From contig NC_042998.1 in NCBI RefSeq assembly GCF_006345805.1, positions 81,964,001 through 82,028,000 of the forward strand: a stretch of 64,000 nt of DNA, given 5' to 3'. Position 1 is the stretch's first letter. Each line of letters starts with the position of its first letter. This DNA comes from Octopus sinensis (taxonomy: Eukaryota). The notes under the pieces are model-generated. The model was not told where the DNA came from, made no database searches, and saw only the letters and a list, made by a program, of their open reading frames with translations. Shown in pieces: positions 38,800-51,640 of the stretch. Made by a program: the position numbers and the translations under genes.

Positions 38800-41450
38800 A
38801 GTTGATGAAGGTATCAGCACTTCACACATGCCGGAGAAGGGTCGTTTTAGCCCGATCTCCCTTGATATAATTTCATGCTCGGAAAGTAAACCCAAGTGCA
38901 AGTGCCCCTACCAGCATCTAAACGAAAAACCATGGAGACACTAAAAGAAGGAAAAACTAAAACAAAAACAAAAGATGAAACAGCCAAGGAAAGAAGCAAA
39001 CCTGACTATCCATATAACAGAAAGGATAAAAAGAGACAGCACACACGAATATGCAAATTCTACCTGAAAGGTGTCTGCTAGAATGGAGATGTAGGTGCAG
39101 GCTGCTGTTTTGCACACCAAGGACCCTGCCACATAAACATGAAACAGGGTGGAAACCACCTGCCAAAAGGAAAGGACTACGAACCCCCTGCCCCAAAACG
39201 GAGGTACGCAGATGTAGTGTGTGCTACAAATCAAACCCATCATGTTATTGAAAGGGCAGCTGCTGAACAACAAGCTTTTTTGAGCATGGCACAAAAGATT
39301 GTACAGCAGCTGACCTAGCTCCATCAATCTCACAGATGGGACTATCCAAAATACACAAGACTACCAAAGCAAGTAGACCCAAGGTGGGCACCACTGGCAA
39401 CAACAAACACATCACATCGGTGCTCTTACTGAACATCAAAGGACTGCTAACACTCAGTAACAGGACAAAAAGCCCTTTCTTGAGAGACCTTGTTGCATGC
39501 AATCAAGCCTTATGTATAGCACTTACGGAAACATACCTGCAACCAGATATAGCAAATGCGGAAATACACATATCACAGCATGTTGTATTATGGACCGGCA
39601 GGAAAGAAAGGAGTCATGGTGGAGTTGATATGTACATCCGCGAAGACCTCACGCGCCAGGTCCTTTTGTCACACTCAAATTCAGTATGTGACACACTAAT
39701 TGTACATATAAGGCAGCTCGGTGCAGTTATATGTGCTACTTATCCAAATCATGTAGGCAAGTTTGAAGACTGCCTTACAAAAATAGAAGTTATAGTCACA
39801 TTAGAACAACACATAAGTGTACTTCTTATGGGAGACTTCAATCTGCCCAATGTCAGAAGGCACGAAGGCCTTTCTCTCCCAGGAATGACACGATGCGAAC
39901 AAGGACGGGCGAAGTCCCTCCTGAACCTCATCAACACTTTGCACATGGATCAAATAGTACTCCAACCAAGGTAACATACTGGATCTCTGCTTCACAAATA
40001 ATATGGATTTCATCCATAATGTGAAAGTGACACCGACGCTACTTTCGGATCACAACATGGTAGAGCTGACCATGTACGGACCAAAGGAAAGCATGGATAT
40101 GCAGCCTACAAGAAACTCTCAGATTCTTTCCAGCTTGAACTTCCATATGGCAAACTGGAAACAAATTGAGAAAGAGATCCTCAAACAAAACTGGCCTAAA
40201 TGTCTCTCTTCCCCGAACATCGACATGTATCTTCAACAATTCATGCCTGTAATGCAAGCCATATGCTACAAATGTGTCCCGGAGAGAAAGGCCACTGTAC
40301 ACAAGAACAAAATACCGAGGGAGAGGAAAATTCTTATGAGAAGGCGTACAAAAGTTTCAAATCGCCTAAACAAACAAACTGAAAGCAGTGAAAAGTCCCG
40401 CATGAAAATACAACTAGTGGAAATTAATAAATGTCTGCAACTCTCCCATGAAAAAGAAAGAGGAGACAAAGAAGCCTGGGCTACAGACAATATAAAATCT
40501 AACCCCAGAGCTTTCTACAAGTTTGCCAAAGGAACAGCTTCGGTGCACTGCAGGATAGGGCCACTCCTCTAAAAAGATGGTACACTCACAGGAAATCCAA
40601 TGAGGATAAGTGTAATACTAAATGAGCAATTCAAAAGTATTTTCGCTCCACCCCTAAGGGCACTTTCAAGTCAGCAATCCAACTGACTTCTTTACCACTG
40701 CAGATATAAAAACAGAGGCAATGATGATTGATTAGATCAATTTTAAGGAAGACGATGTAATAAGGGCTATAAATGAAATGAACCCAAACTCAGCTACTGG
40801 GCCTAATGGATTCCCAGCAATCCTTCTAAAAGTATGTAAGCGAGTCCTAGCAAGACACTGCAGTTCCTCTTTCAGAGCTTCCTTGCAACTGGCAAACTTC
40901 CAAGAAAACTGAAGGAGGGTAAAATACGTCCTATTCATAAAGGAGGTAGCAGAGCAGAGGCCAAGAACTACAGACCTATCTCTCTGACACCACACATCAA
41001 CAAAGTCATGGAACGAATAGTCAGAAGAAAACTAATCGCCTTCCTTGAAGAAAATGACTTGCTGTCTGACACCCAACATGGTTTCCGACCAGGAAGAAGC
41101 TAACTCAGCTGTTACAACACTATGGCTGGGTGCTGAAACAGCTGCTCAATCACTCAAATATGGAAGTGATATACCTTGACTTTGCAAAGGCCTTTGATAA
41201 AGTCGATCATGGAATGATATGTCACAAACTGCGTGATCTTGGCATAGTTGGAAAATTGGGAGAATGGCTTCATGACTTTTTGAAGGATAGAAGTCAGGTG
41301 GTAGTAGCCAGTGGCACGCACATATTGAGCGGTATTCCGCAAGGTACTGTTTTGGGACCACCACTGTTTATAATGGCTCTCTCAGACATGGCCTCAGCCA
41401 CACAGAGAGCCACGATCACAAGTTATGCAGATGATACAAAAGTCTCACAT
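38800..41450 (+). mobile_element. APE-type LINE (CR1/L2 group): CCCH-finger region, AP endonuclease and RT, frameshifted
   Basis: CKFYLKGVC..C..H; LLNIKGL..ALTETYL..HGGV..MGDFNLP; LLSDHN; NYRPISLT; YLDFAKAFDKVDH; SGIPQGTVLGP; SYADDTK. Confidence 0.92.
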
Positions 41451-42029
41451 ATTTTAAAAAAAAAGAGAACTCAAACTGTTCTGCGGAATGGTAACTGTTT
41501 TTAACCCTCCCTACACACACAGAAGCCAGTGACAGTATAGAAACCATGGTGCAGCTAGCTTACAGTTTATTACCATTGCATTATTAGTAAAAGCATGTAG
41601 AAGTTCTTGGAAGAAAATCAAACTTTATTCTTGAAAGACATTTGTACTGCCAGGTAATGTTAATTTTATAGAACTGCGATTGGTTGCTAAAACAACATAC
41701 AAAGTCAATTAAGAAAAAGTGCAAAACACCATCTTGTTACTGGAGAGCAAGTGTAACACGTCTTTAAAAAACGGTTGTTTTATAGGCGCGGGAGTAGCTG
41801 TGTGGTAAGGAGCTTTGCTTACCAACACAATAGTCTTTGAGACTTACCATGAGTCTTTGTTGTCATTGTACGCGTATGTCATTATGGTGTGCACTGAAGA
41901 CGATAGCCGGCAGTGTTTAGTCTACCAAAAAGAAGCTGTTGCAAGGTAAGATTTTGTCTCTTGGGTCTAGTGGAGGTTGTTGTCTGTGGTTATATTTTTT
42001 ACAAACAAGGAGTCCTCACTGAATTCAGG

Positions 42030-43075
42030 ATAAATAATAGTGATATTATGGAAGAATTCCTGGCCGGTTTGCTCGAGTAGCAAGAGCGGCAACAACGACT
42101 GAAATGACAATCACAACAATTACTATTAAAACATCAAATGCTACAATTAATTAATAGCAAGTCGTGAAAAAATGCTGAAAAGATGTTCTCGCCAGATTAT
42201 TTTGCAAACTCAATAACGGAATTTAAGTATTAACCAGACGAAGGAGTTACCTATAGAAGATACGAACATATCTTCAATGAAGAGTGCAAATATTGGGACG
42301 ATGATATAAAAACACGTCTAGCTTTAAGAAAATTGGCAGCAGGAACACATGAGGGTTACAGCATTTATGCACTTACGAAAAAGCCTTCTGATAAACCTTA
42401 AAAATACATTAGACATATTGTGTAAAAATTTTAGCCTCGCAGTTCAATACAGATTGCAACTGTTTGGACCTTGAAAAGAACAACGAGGGTTACTACATCA
42501 CATATGTTGGCAGAGTTAACAGAAAATGTGAAATGTTCAAACTGGACGAATTAACGCCATACATTTTCATGTGCCTGAGATTTACTAACTGCAGAAAAAG
42601 ACGCAGAAGTAAGAACAAGAATTTTCGCTAAGCTGGAACAAAACCAAGTTGTGACTTACAACTAGTGTCGGAAGAGTATAAAAGAACAGTAAAATTAAGA
42701 TATGACACAGGGAGGAAATTGAACATAATGATTGCTCCCAAGTGAAACAAGTGCCTCGGAAAATAGAAACCAAGTGTGTATTAAAATACAATACAAACAG
42801 GATTAAAATCCCAAAACAAACCCAAGTTTTGCATGTGGAGGGTGACACCTAAGACAAAACTGCGCATTTAATTTACGTTGTGGAAAAAGTAGACATGTAA
42901 AGCGCACTGTAAAACCAAGATGACAAAACGTTGGAACAAAGAAAAAAGAATGAGCAAGATGTCGCCGAAAGAAAATGGTAACGTAAGAAAGAGAAAATTC
43001 CTAAATGTGAAAATTAAAAATATAAGAGTATAAATGAAGTTAGACACTGGAAGTACTATCATGCCGCAACAAGGA
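42030..43075 (+). mobile_element. Gypsy-type gag/protease remnant
   Basis: Fragments FSPDYFANSITEF..PDEG, RYEHIF..WDDDIKTRL, DAEVRTRIFAKLEQ, a degenerate CCHC knuckle, and KLDTGS (protease). Confidence 0.7.
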
Positions 43076-43084
43076 TACTTTAGA

Positions 43085-44090
43085 CCAAAAGGAGCGGCAA
43101 TTCTAGAGTCAAGTATGGTGTTTGATCTGGGTATTGATATGAACAACATATCATGTACATATTTCATCGAGATTGTGGCAATTTGCAGCAAATGGTCAGA
43201 TGGATTCTGAGAACTTTCAGAACAAGGAACCAGAAAAATAAGCTAGTACTATGGAGAATATTTGTCCCTAGTCGCCTGTTCTACTACTCTCACTTGTGGC
43301 CATCTCACAGAGTCAAACTGATACTGGAACTTGAAACAGTTCAGCGGTGCTACACCAGAAAGATTGCCTCAATAGAACAACTGAGTTACAGGGAGTTATT
43401 GAGAGCAGTACAACTCTACTCTCTGAAGCGAAATCAAGAAAGATGTGCGGTGATAAAATATATATGGAAAATTCTAGAGGGATTGACACCAATTTTTGTA
43501 ATCGAGTGTTATACCGGCCCTCAAACTGGATGACACTGCACTATTTCAAAGGTTCCACCTATCCCATCTATAGTTAGGAATATACGAGGATTCAAAGGCT
43601 CACAGCTACTTTGCCGAGTCACCAGAGAGATCTACATGGAGTAGGGGTAAGTTTTCTCATGAAACAAATAAGTTGTTATCTGCTCTCTAAGATCTACCTA
43701 CATCAATACAAAAAGAGAGAATCAATATTCAACTCAATACCTCACCGAAAACTAATCACAAAAATCACTCTGGAAGGTTTCGATGTTAATCTTCTGCTGG
43801 AGGATCTAGATACCATATATAGATGGGATGAAGAAAACAACATGCAATATAATGCAGGAAAATTCCCAGCCTTCCTCTGTCAGCTAGCTTGCGCTAACAT
43901 GATGCAGCAAAAATAGAGAGATCTGCATGGAGTAGGAATAGATGTTTTCAAGAAACACCTTGAACATCTGCTGTTCAAGCTCTTACATGAAACTACATCA
44001 CAGCAAGAAACTCAAAAGAGGGTAGCAATATTGAACTCTCTCCTTCACTAAATTCTAATCACAAAAGAATGGCCATTGAAATGGTGATAA
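43085..44090 (+). mobile_element. 3' portion(s) of the CR1-group LINE, partly duplicated or scrambled
   Basis: ORF 43153-43533: RWILRTFRTR..LETVQRCYT..LYSLKRNQER..WKILEG. EDLDTIYRWDEENNMQYN at ~43790. Two similar 3' ends at ~43625 and ~43915. Confidence 0.75.
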
Positions 44091-44325
44091 TACAGGCATC
44101 GTCACAACCTTTGAGCTGAAAAAATAAAAGAGTAATTCCTTAATATCATTAATTCTATAAAAGCGAAGAGATTTATTTGACCGTTAGTATCTATATATTG
44201 CTATATTCTTTAATGCTGACCTGAGCCGTATTTTTCATGACCAAAATACTACAATTTACTGATTATAAATAAGTAATACATTAAGAAAGAGTATAGAATA
44301 TATAAGTATATATTTATATAAGTAT

Positions 44326-44556
44326 ACTCTTTTACTCTTTTACTTGTTTCAGTCATTTGACTGCGGCCATGCTGGAGCACCGCCTTTAGTCGCGCAAATC
44401 GACCCCGGGACTTATTCTTTGTAAGCCCAGTACTTATTCTATCGGTCTCTTTTGCCGAACCGCTAGTTGACGGGGACGTAAACACACCAGCATCGGTTGT
44501 CAAGCAATGCTAGGGGGACAAACACAGACACACAAACACATACACATACATATATA

Positions 44557-44604
<48 letters not shown>

Positions 44605-44787
44605 TATATATATATACATATATACGACAGGCTTCTTTCAGTTTCCGTCTACCAAATCCATTCACAAGGCATTGGTCGGCCCGGGGCTATAGCAGAAGAC
44701 ACTTGCCCAAGATGCCACGCAGTGGGACTGAACCCGGAACCATGTGGTTGGTAAGCAAGCCACTTACCACACAGCCACTCCTGCGCC
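44326..44787 (-). mobile_element. SINE family A, full length, young-looking
   Basis: Reverse complement of GGCGCAGGAGTGGCTGTGTGGTAAG through the tail and (GTAAAAGA) repeats. Confidence 0.92.
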
Positions 44788-45389
44788 TATATAGCATTGA
44801 ATAATGAGAGGGCGTTACCTTTGCTTTGTTATTATGGTAAGAAATCAACTGTTGTGTTTTTACCAATTATAATACATTTGTGAGTTTCATTTTCACAATA
44901 CCAGACAATACGTAGTGATTAGTAAAAATCTTTTTTTTCTCAGCCATTAGATATATTGTGTTGACTGATAAATGTATCAAATCTTCAACAGCAGTGGGAG
45001 CTTTACTTCAATAGTAGAAGCCTGCTGTCATAGAAATTATTCATAAACGTAAAGTATTCCAGACAAAAAAGTGGGACGTAGAAACAGTAATAGCGAAATA
45101 GAAATATATAAACGGACAGGGAGCTAAGAGAACGAAGTTGATGTATTTTATGAGAATAATTGCAAGACATTTTGACGACGAATACGCGAAAAAGTATATA
45201 GATAAAAACAATTACAAATGCAGTATATTTGAAAAAACTGAGGAAGCAGGTTAGAAATATAGGTCAGTCTTAGCTTCTAATGATAAATTTTAAAATGAAA
45301 ATTTTTAGCATATTTTAATAATCCTATATCGGAACGAATCCAAAATAGGTTTCTCTCACACTCTCTTTCTGTATGTATATATATGTATA

Positions 45390-45463
<74 letters not shown>

Positions 45464-45680
45464 ATGGGACAAGAACGCAAAACATCCGGACAACTAAGTG
45501 ATAAAAAAGGGACAACAAAACATCAAAGATAGACGATACAAAGAAAACAAGGACGGGTCATTCGAAGTTTTCTATCTTCAGTCAAGAACAAGATTATCCT
45601 CGAAATTTCGGTTGATTATTCTTAAGATTGCTCCAATCTGGCCAACGCCAAGGCAAATCTAAGCTAAGAGCATTAGATTC

Positions 45681-45910
45681 TTATTTCTTTATTGCCAAAC
45701 GGGGCTAAACAGTGGGGACAAATCAAGACAGACAAAGGGACTAAATCGGTTACATCGACCCCAGTGCGTAACTGGTATTTATTTAATCGACCCCGAAAGG
45801 ATGAAAGGCAAAGTCGACCTCGGCGGAATTTGAACTCAGAACGGAGCGGCAAACGAAATACTGCTAAGCATTTCGCCCAGTGTGCTAACGTTTCTGCCAG
45901 CTCGTCGGTG
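45681..45910 (-). mobile_element. SINE family B (tail type 2) with an 11-bp TSD
   Basis: A/B boxes, core GGTCGACTTTGCCTTTCATCCTTTCGGGGTCGA, and gcattagattc at 45670-45680 and 45911-45921. Confidence 0.9.
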
Positions 45911-46271
45911 GCATTAGATTCCTTGGAAGAAAGCATTGAATGTGTACAAAAACAGACAATGTTACACAAATATAAATACAATAAAACACACACACACACA
46001 AAAAAATATTGGACGAAAAATCTAGGTTAAATGATTTCGGTCTAAACTGAATTGAATACAGAACAAATATCAAAGAATTCACTCATTGGATGGTATTTCT
46101 TATGAAAATCATCTTTCCAATTTCTAGTCCCAGTTATCTTACAAATCACAATTATCTTAGAAATATAATGTTGAATTTGAGCGAACCATTAAACCTTGAA
46201 TCTTAAAAGAATAGTTATTGTAATGCTAACGGTGAATACGAAAAAAATATATAAGTGTGTGTGCGTGCGTG

Positions 46272-47499
46272 TGGAAACACCTTAAAATTTCAAACAAATT
46301 TATTTTAATATGGGTAGGACCGCCTTTGGTAGTAATTACAGCTTGAATTCTACAAAGTGTGGACTCGTACAAAGTTTGAATTATTAATTTTTGTCTATTC
46401 TTCAGCTAAAATAGTCTCCAGTTCTTGTAGTGATGATGGAGGAGGATATCGACTGCTTACTTGTTTTTCTAAAATGCATCATAAATGTTCAATAATATTG
46501 AGATCTGGAGACTGTGGTGGACAGATGAGATGTTCAACTTCACTAGAATGTTCCTCATGCCATTCAGTAATAACTTTAGCTGTGTGAATTGGTCCATTAT
46601 CATCCCGAAAGATTGCGTTTCCCTCCGGAAACAGTTCCGCGACCATAGGATGAATTTGATCAGATAAAATGCTTAATTAGTCTTGATTATTAATTCTGTT
46701 ATGAAGGGAAACCATTGGGCTTGTGGATTTCCATGATATAGACCCCCAGAACATCACAGATACTCCTCCATGTTTAACAGTTGGAAGAAGGCAGTCTGGG
46801 TCAAATGCTACTTTTGACTGTCTCCACATATATACTCAGCCGGTGATAAAGGATAACTCGTCCGTGAAAATAACATTCTTCTACTGCCCTACGGACCAAT
46901 TCTGTAGGTTTTTACTCCACTCTAAATGCTTTGCAAAATTTGTTTTTGAAAGTAGCGGTTTTCTGATTGCAGCCTTCTCGGGGAATCCGGCTTTGTGCAG
47001 CTCCTGGCACAGTTTTTGTGGGAACCGGGTTCTTTAGGTGGTCATTAAACTCTGCAGTAATTTGGGGGTGGGGGGCTGTACTTTTGTGATTCTTTTTAAC
47101 AATTGGCGTAAGAGTCCGATGATCCCTACCTGAAAGTTTTGGTTTTCTTCCGGAGTTTTGTTTCGACGAGAAGGTTTTCCCCTCTTTCTCAAAGGCTGTC
47201 GTTACTTTCATGGCAGTACTTCTTGATACACCAAATATTTCGCCTGTTTTCGCTACGTTAGTACCTGCCATACTGGCACCAACAATTTGACCTCTTTGAA
47301 AATCCGATAGATTTGTCATTTTAATGAATTTTAATTACCTTCTTCTGATGATATCCGAAAAGAAATAGCAATTTTAGCAAAACATATTAACCAATATTAA
47401 TAATAAATCGGGAAACATAAAAATAACAAGCTTTTGACGGTTTTATAGATATATCAAAATTATGATGCTAGGTGTTTCCATTATTTTGTCCAACCCATG
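46272..47499 (-). mobile_element. Tc1-like transposon (DD34E-type), frameshifted, left TIR partly lost
   Basis: ORF 46912-47319: LSDFQRGQIVG..SGRKPKL. Downstream VIFTDE, TVKHGG, FRDDNGPIHTA, PPQSPDLNIIEHLW. Right TIR CATGGGTTGGACAAAATAATGGAAACACC + TA. Confidence 0.92.
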
Positions 47500-48291
47500 T
47501 ATATGTGTATGTGTTTGTGCGTATAAATACCTCTTTGAGGGCATTTATAAGGATTTAATTGACTCCTTCTAAAGTTTCTTTTTTTGGTGATTGGTACAAA
47601 TGGCAGTAAGAAATTAAGAAATAGCGGGGCGCCTAGTAATATCCGTCTATGACCAGCAGCCAGTTCTGAACTGTCATCTTGCAATGCTCAATATTCTCAA
47701 TAAACAGTCTACGAACCTTAGATCTTCTGTTGGTGATAAGAAGGTTGATAAGAGAAATTAGAAATGATTTACAAACCTATGACCCCACACACTGTTCCAT
47801 TCCACGCCACTGCAAAATTACAGTTGTTCTTCACGTAGCTTATTCTTCCTGCAGTAGTGGCAATATGAAATTTTTCATCTTCTAGGTCTGATAAAATACT
47901 TGAGAAAAATTATATTAATATACTTTGTTGAAAATCCTTATTTATTGCGACTGAAGACGGCAGTGTATTTAAAATGATGTAATGATTGCACTGTTCATAT
48001 AAAGGGAGCTGCTTGAAACGGTCGTATTGAATTAATTCTTGACATCCTGATACTTATTTGACTACACACACACACATACACACACATACACACATACATA
48101 CATACATACATGCATATATATATATATATATATATATTCATATATACACAAGTGGCATTGCTATCTAGAAGACCCGAAAAGTGTCAGGTAACGCTAAGTA
48201 AGTGCTATGGACAGACCGTAGTTAAACTCTTGGTTCGATAATGGTACGAGGGAGGAGTCTAATCTGGGTCTTGTATTAGCATTCACATATA

Positions 48292-48620
48292 TATTAGACA
48301 AAATGACATAACAAAGCCAAAGCTGTGAGGAGTTTTCAGGATATTTATAATGAAATAGTCTTACAGATGTTTCTGGGATATTATGGATATCCGTTCATCA
48401 GAGATGGCGTGAGAAATATTTGATTTCGAATTATCATTGAAAAGGAGGAGATAGAGAATGTAGAGGGAAACAAGAGAATGAAAGTAGAAATAAGATATAT
48501 AAAGATATTGATAATGAAGGGGTATCCATAATAACACAGAAACAGCTGTAAGACTATTTCTTAATAATGTCCTGCAAACTCCCCACAACCTTGGCTTTGT
48601 TATCTCATTCTGTATTTGTA
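48292..48620. mobile_element. ORF-less inverted pair of hammerhead-bearing PLE-type termini
   Basis: 48292-48401 (minus) and 48511-48620 (plus) are diverged inverted copies, each with GAAACA(G/T)CTGTAAGACT. Confidence 0.65.
48357..48405 (-). ncRNA. Minimal hammerhead motif, partly decayed
   Basis: atct CTGATGA acggatat-ccata-atatccca GAAA CATCTG TA agac. Confidence 0.6.
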
Positions 48621-48730
48621 TATATATATATATATATAATTGATATAGGATAAAAATTTTTCGGGAAAAAAATATTATCAATGGCCAGCATATCAAAAAA
48701 TGCCTTTAAAGGTTAAATTTATAAATAATT

Positions 48731-49187
48731 TACAAGATAAGGGCAGAAGAAAAATTCTAATGCCAAATATGCTGAAACAAAAAATTGTCGATAACCATTA
48801 TAATTTATGCGTCTCGAAACAAACCGATAGAAATCTCTAAAAAATGCGTTATTACCGTATTGGTCCAATTTCGGGGTTAATTCATAAGAAAATTTTCCCC
48901 TCTTCAGCGGCAAATACGCGAGATATAAGTGAAATACTTACTCATACTTAAGTATAAGTAAGTTTGGGTATGAGTAAGTATTTCACTTATATTTCGCGTA
49001 TTTGCCGCCAAGGAGGGGAAAATTTTTTTATGAATTAACCCCGAAATTGGACCAATACGGTAATAACGAATTTTTTAGAGATTTTTATCGGTTTGTTTCG
49101 AGAGGCATAAATTATAATGGTTATCGACAATTTTTTGTTTCGGCATATTTGGCATTAGAATTTTTCTTCTTTTCCCCTTATCTTGTA
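48731..49187. mobile_element. Foldback palindrome (~217-bp arms, 20-bp spacer), unclassified non-autonomous DNA element
   Basis: 48731-48947 is the reverse complement of 48968-49187 with roughly 10 differences by eye. ORFs 48719-48913(-) and 49002-49190(+) mirror each other. Confidence 0.85.
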
Positions 49188-49196
49188 TAAAGTATA

Positions 49197-49232
<36 letters not shown>

Positions 49233-49401
49233 TGTATGTATGTATGTATGTATGTATGTACGTATGTATGTATGTATGTATGTATGTATGTATGTATGTA
49301 TGCATGTATGTATGTATGTTTGTATGTATGTATGTATGTATGTATATATATATATATATATTACATATATATATATATATATATATAATATATATATATA
49401 T

Positions 49402-49434
<33 letters not shown>

Positions 49435-49480
49435 TATATAATATATATATATATATGTACATACATACGTACATATATAT

Positions 49481-49529
<49 letters not shown>

Positions 49530-49533
<4 letters not shown>

Positions 49534-51640
49534 TGGAAGAATTCACAAAAAAACAAAAGACGAAGATAGGTGGTGTAGAAAACAAACAGATACATCAGTA
49601 TAACGCTCGGGAATTGAAAAATTCTTTAACGTTTCGAGCCTACGCTCTTCCACAGAAAGGAACACAGAAAGAGACAAGGAGAGAAACAAGGAGTGAAAAA
49701 AATGTGTGTAATGGCTACCGATCTATCATGGCGAATGCCGGACAGAAGACCCACACACGAGAGCTTAGCAGTAGGGGAGATAACAAAGTAGTAGTGATCC
49801 CAAAACGAAGGTGCGCGTATGTGTAAGAGAGTACGTATGTGCGTGTGAAAGCGGGCTGGTGATCTTCACGTGTGCGTTTGTGTATGTATGGGTGTGAAAA
49901 TGTGGGGATGGGAATCGGTCAGTGCTGGTGAATGAGTGGTGGTGTATTGTGATGTGATGTGTTGTGTGGTATAGTGTAATGTGGTGTGGTGTGATGTTAT
50001 TGGGAGGTAGAGGAAGTGGGAGTGGTGGAAGCACGGGTGGGGTATGAGTTAGGCTGTGGGTTGTAGTAGAGTTGGGCTATGTGGATAGCCAGAGTGTTGA
50101 GGGTAGAGTTGGGGTATGTGGGAGAGGGTGAAACGGATGAGATGGCGAGGGATGGGAAGGATAGGGAAGTTGGGGTAGGAATGTGTAGGGGTAGAGTGGG
50201 CTTCTGGGGGAGGGTTCACGATGAAGGGGAAGGGCAAGGGGAAGGTGGGTGTGAGACAAGAGAGAAAGAGAGTAAGAGAGAAGAGAGAAAGAGAGAAGTG
50301 AGAAAGTGAGTTGGAGTGAAGAGAAGTAGGAGTTGGAGTAAGAGAGGAGAGTTGGGTGGGAGGAAGTAGGAGGGATGGAGAGAGAGGTAAGGGGAGGAGA
50401 GTTGAGACCATGTGACACAAAGGAGCGAAGAGAGAAAATTAATCCCTGTTCACGGCACAAACAGGAGTCCGGATGGCCTCTGTGCAAGGACAATCCGAAC
50501 AGAGACAGGTGTTGCAAAGAGTGACTGGTAGAGCGGAAATGCCGTGAGACCGGGGTGTCATTGCCGAGACGGATATCTCGGATCTGTTCCGCGAACCGGT
50601 CAGCCAAGTGGCGTCCTGTTTGTACAGAGAATGGTACAGAGAGCAAGAGATGCAATTGATAATATTGGTAGAAGTGCAGATGAAGGAGTCGGTGATGTGA
50701 TAGGGTCGGTGATAGGTGCCGGTGAGGAGGGTGGTGTTGGGGAGGTAAGGGCAAGTGCGGCAGCATAGACGGGAGCAGGGAAACGAGCCAGGTTGGGAGG
50801 TTGGGTTAGAGAAGAAACTGTGAACCAAGTGGTTTCGTAGGTTGTGGGCTCGTTTGAAGGAGGGGGGATCAGTTAGGGAAGATGTGTGAAGTGGACAGGT
50901 CGGACTGGAGATGCCAGAAAGCTCGGAAGAAGGTACGTTGGAGAGGTAGGGTAGTGGGGTGGTGGGTGAGGTGAAAAGGGAGGCGAAAGACTGCAGGGCG
51001 GGTTCGGGGGGAAGAGAGCAGATGCACGGTCCATGGAACGTGCTCTGGCAAGGGTGGTGTGGATAGTGGTGATGGGATATCCACGTTCGATGAAGTGGCG
51101 AGTCATGGTGGTTACTACAGAGCATGCGTAGACGGAGGAATTTGGAAAAGGGGATGGAAAGCTTAGTGTGTTTAGGATGGGAGGAGGAGATGTTGAGGTA
51201 TGAGTGTGAGTCTGTGTGTTTGTAGTGGATGGAGGTGGTAAGCGTGGAATGATGAATACTGACCGAAATGTCAAGAAAAGAGACAGAGGTGTCAGACATA
51301 GTGCAGAAGTGGAGGGAAGGATGGAAAAATTTGATAACAGAGAGGAAGGAGTCTAGATGTTCGCGGGAGAGTGAGGTTGCACCGATACAGTCGTCAATAT
51401 AATGGCCATATAGTTCGGGAGTGGGACCTGTGAAACTTGAGAATATTTGGGCCTCAACGTAGCCAACGAACAGGTTCGTATAGTTGGGGCTCATTCTTGT
51501 TCCCATGGCCATTCCCGAGAACTGCTGGTAGAAATCGCCCGCGTACGAGAAGCTGTTGAGTGAGAGGACGAGTTTTGCCAGACGAACGAGTGTGGAAGTA
51601 TTGGGTTGGGGGTTGGGTCGGAGGTCGAGGAAATGCTTGA
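49530..51640 (-). mobile_element. Penelope-like element 3 (Cys-rich linker), 5'-truncated
   Basis: AMGTRMSPNYTNLFVG, YIDDCIG, SFLDISV, YKHTDSHSYL, HPKHTKLSIPFS, CSRLCCRTC, RLADRFAEQ. Purine- and GT-rich 3' region. Confidence 0.92.
49624..49659 (-). ncRNA. Minimal hammerhead-like motif with a variant core at the PLE3 3' end
   Basis: cttt CTGTGGA a gagc-gtag-gctc GAAA CG TT aaag. Palindromic ACGT stem III; core position 6 is U instead of A. Confidence 0.55.

Noticed and set aside
47946-48026. CTGAAGA...GAAACGGTCGTA hammerhead-like motif
   Set aside because: With the tgcga/tcgta stem I there is no NUH triplet or stem III, so it cannot be called a ribozyme.
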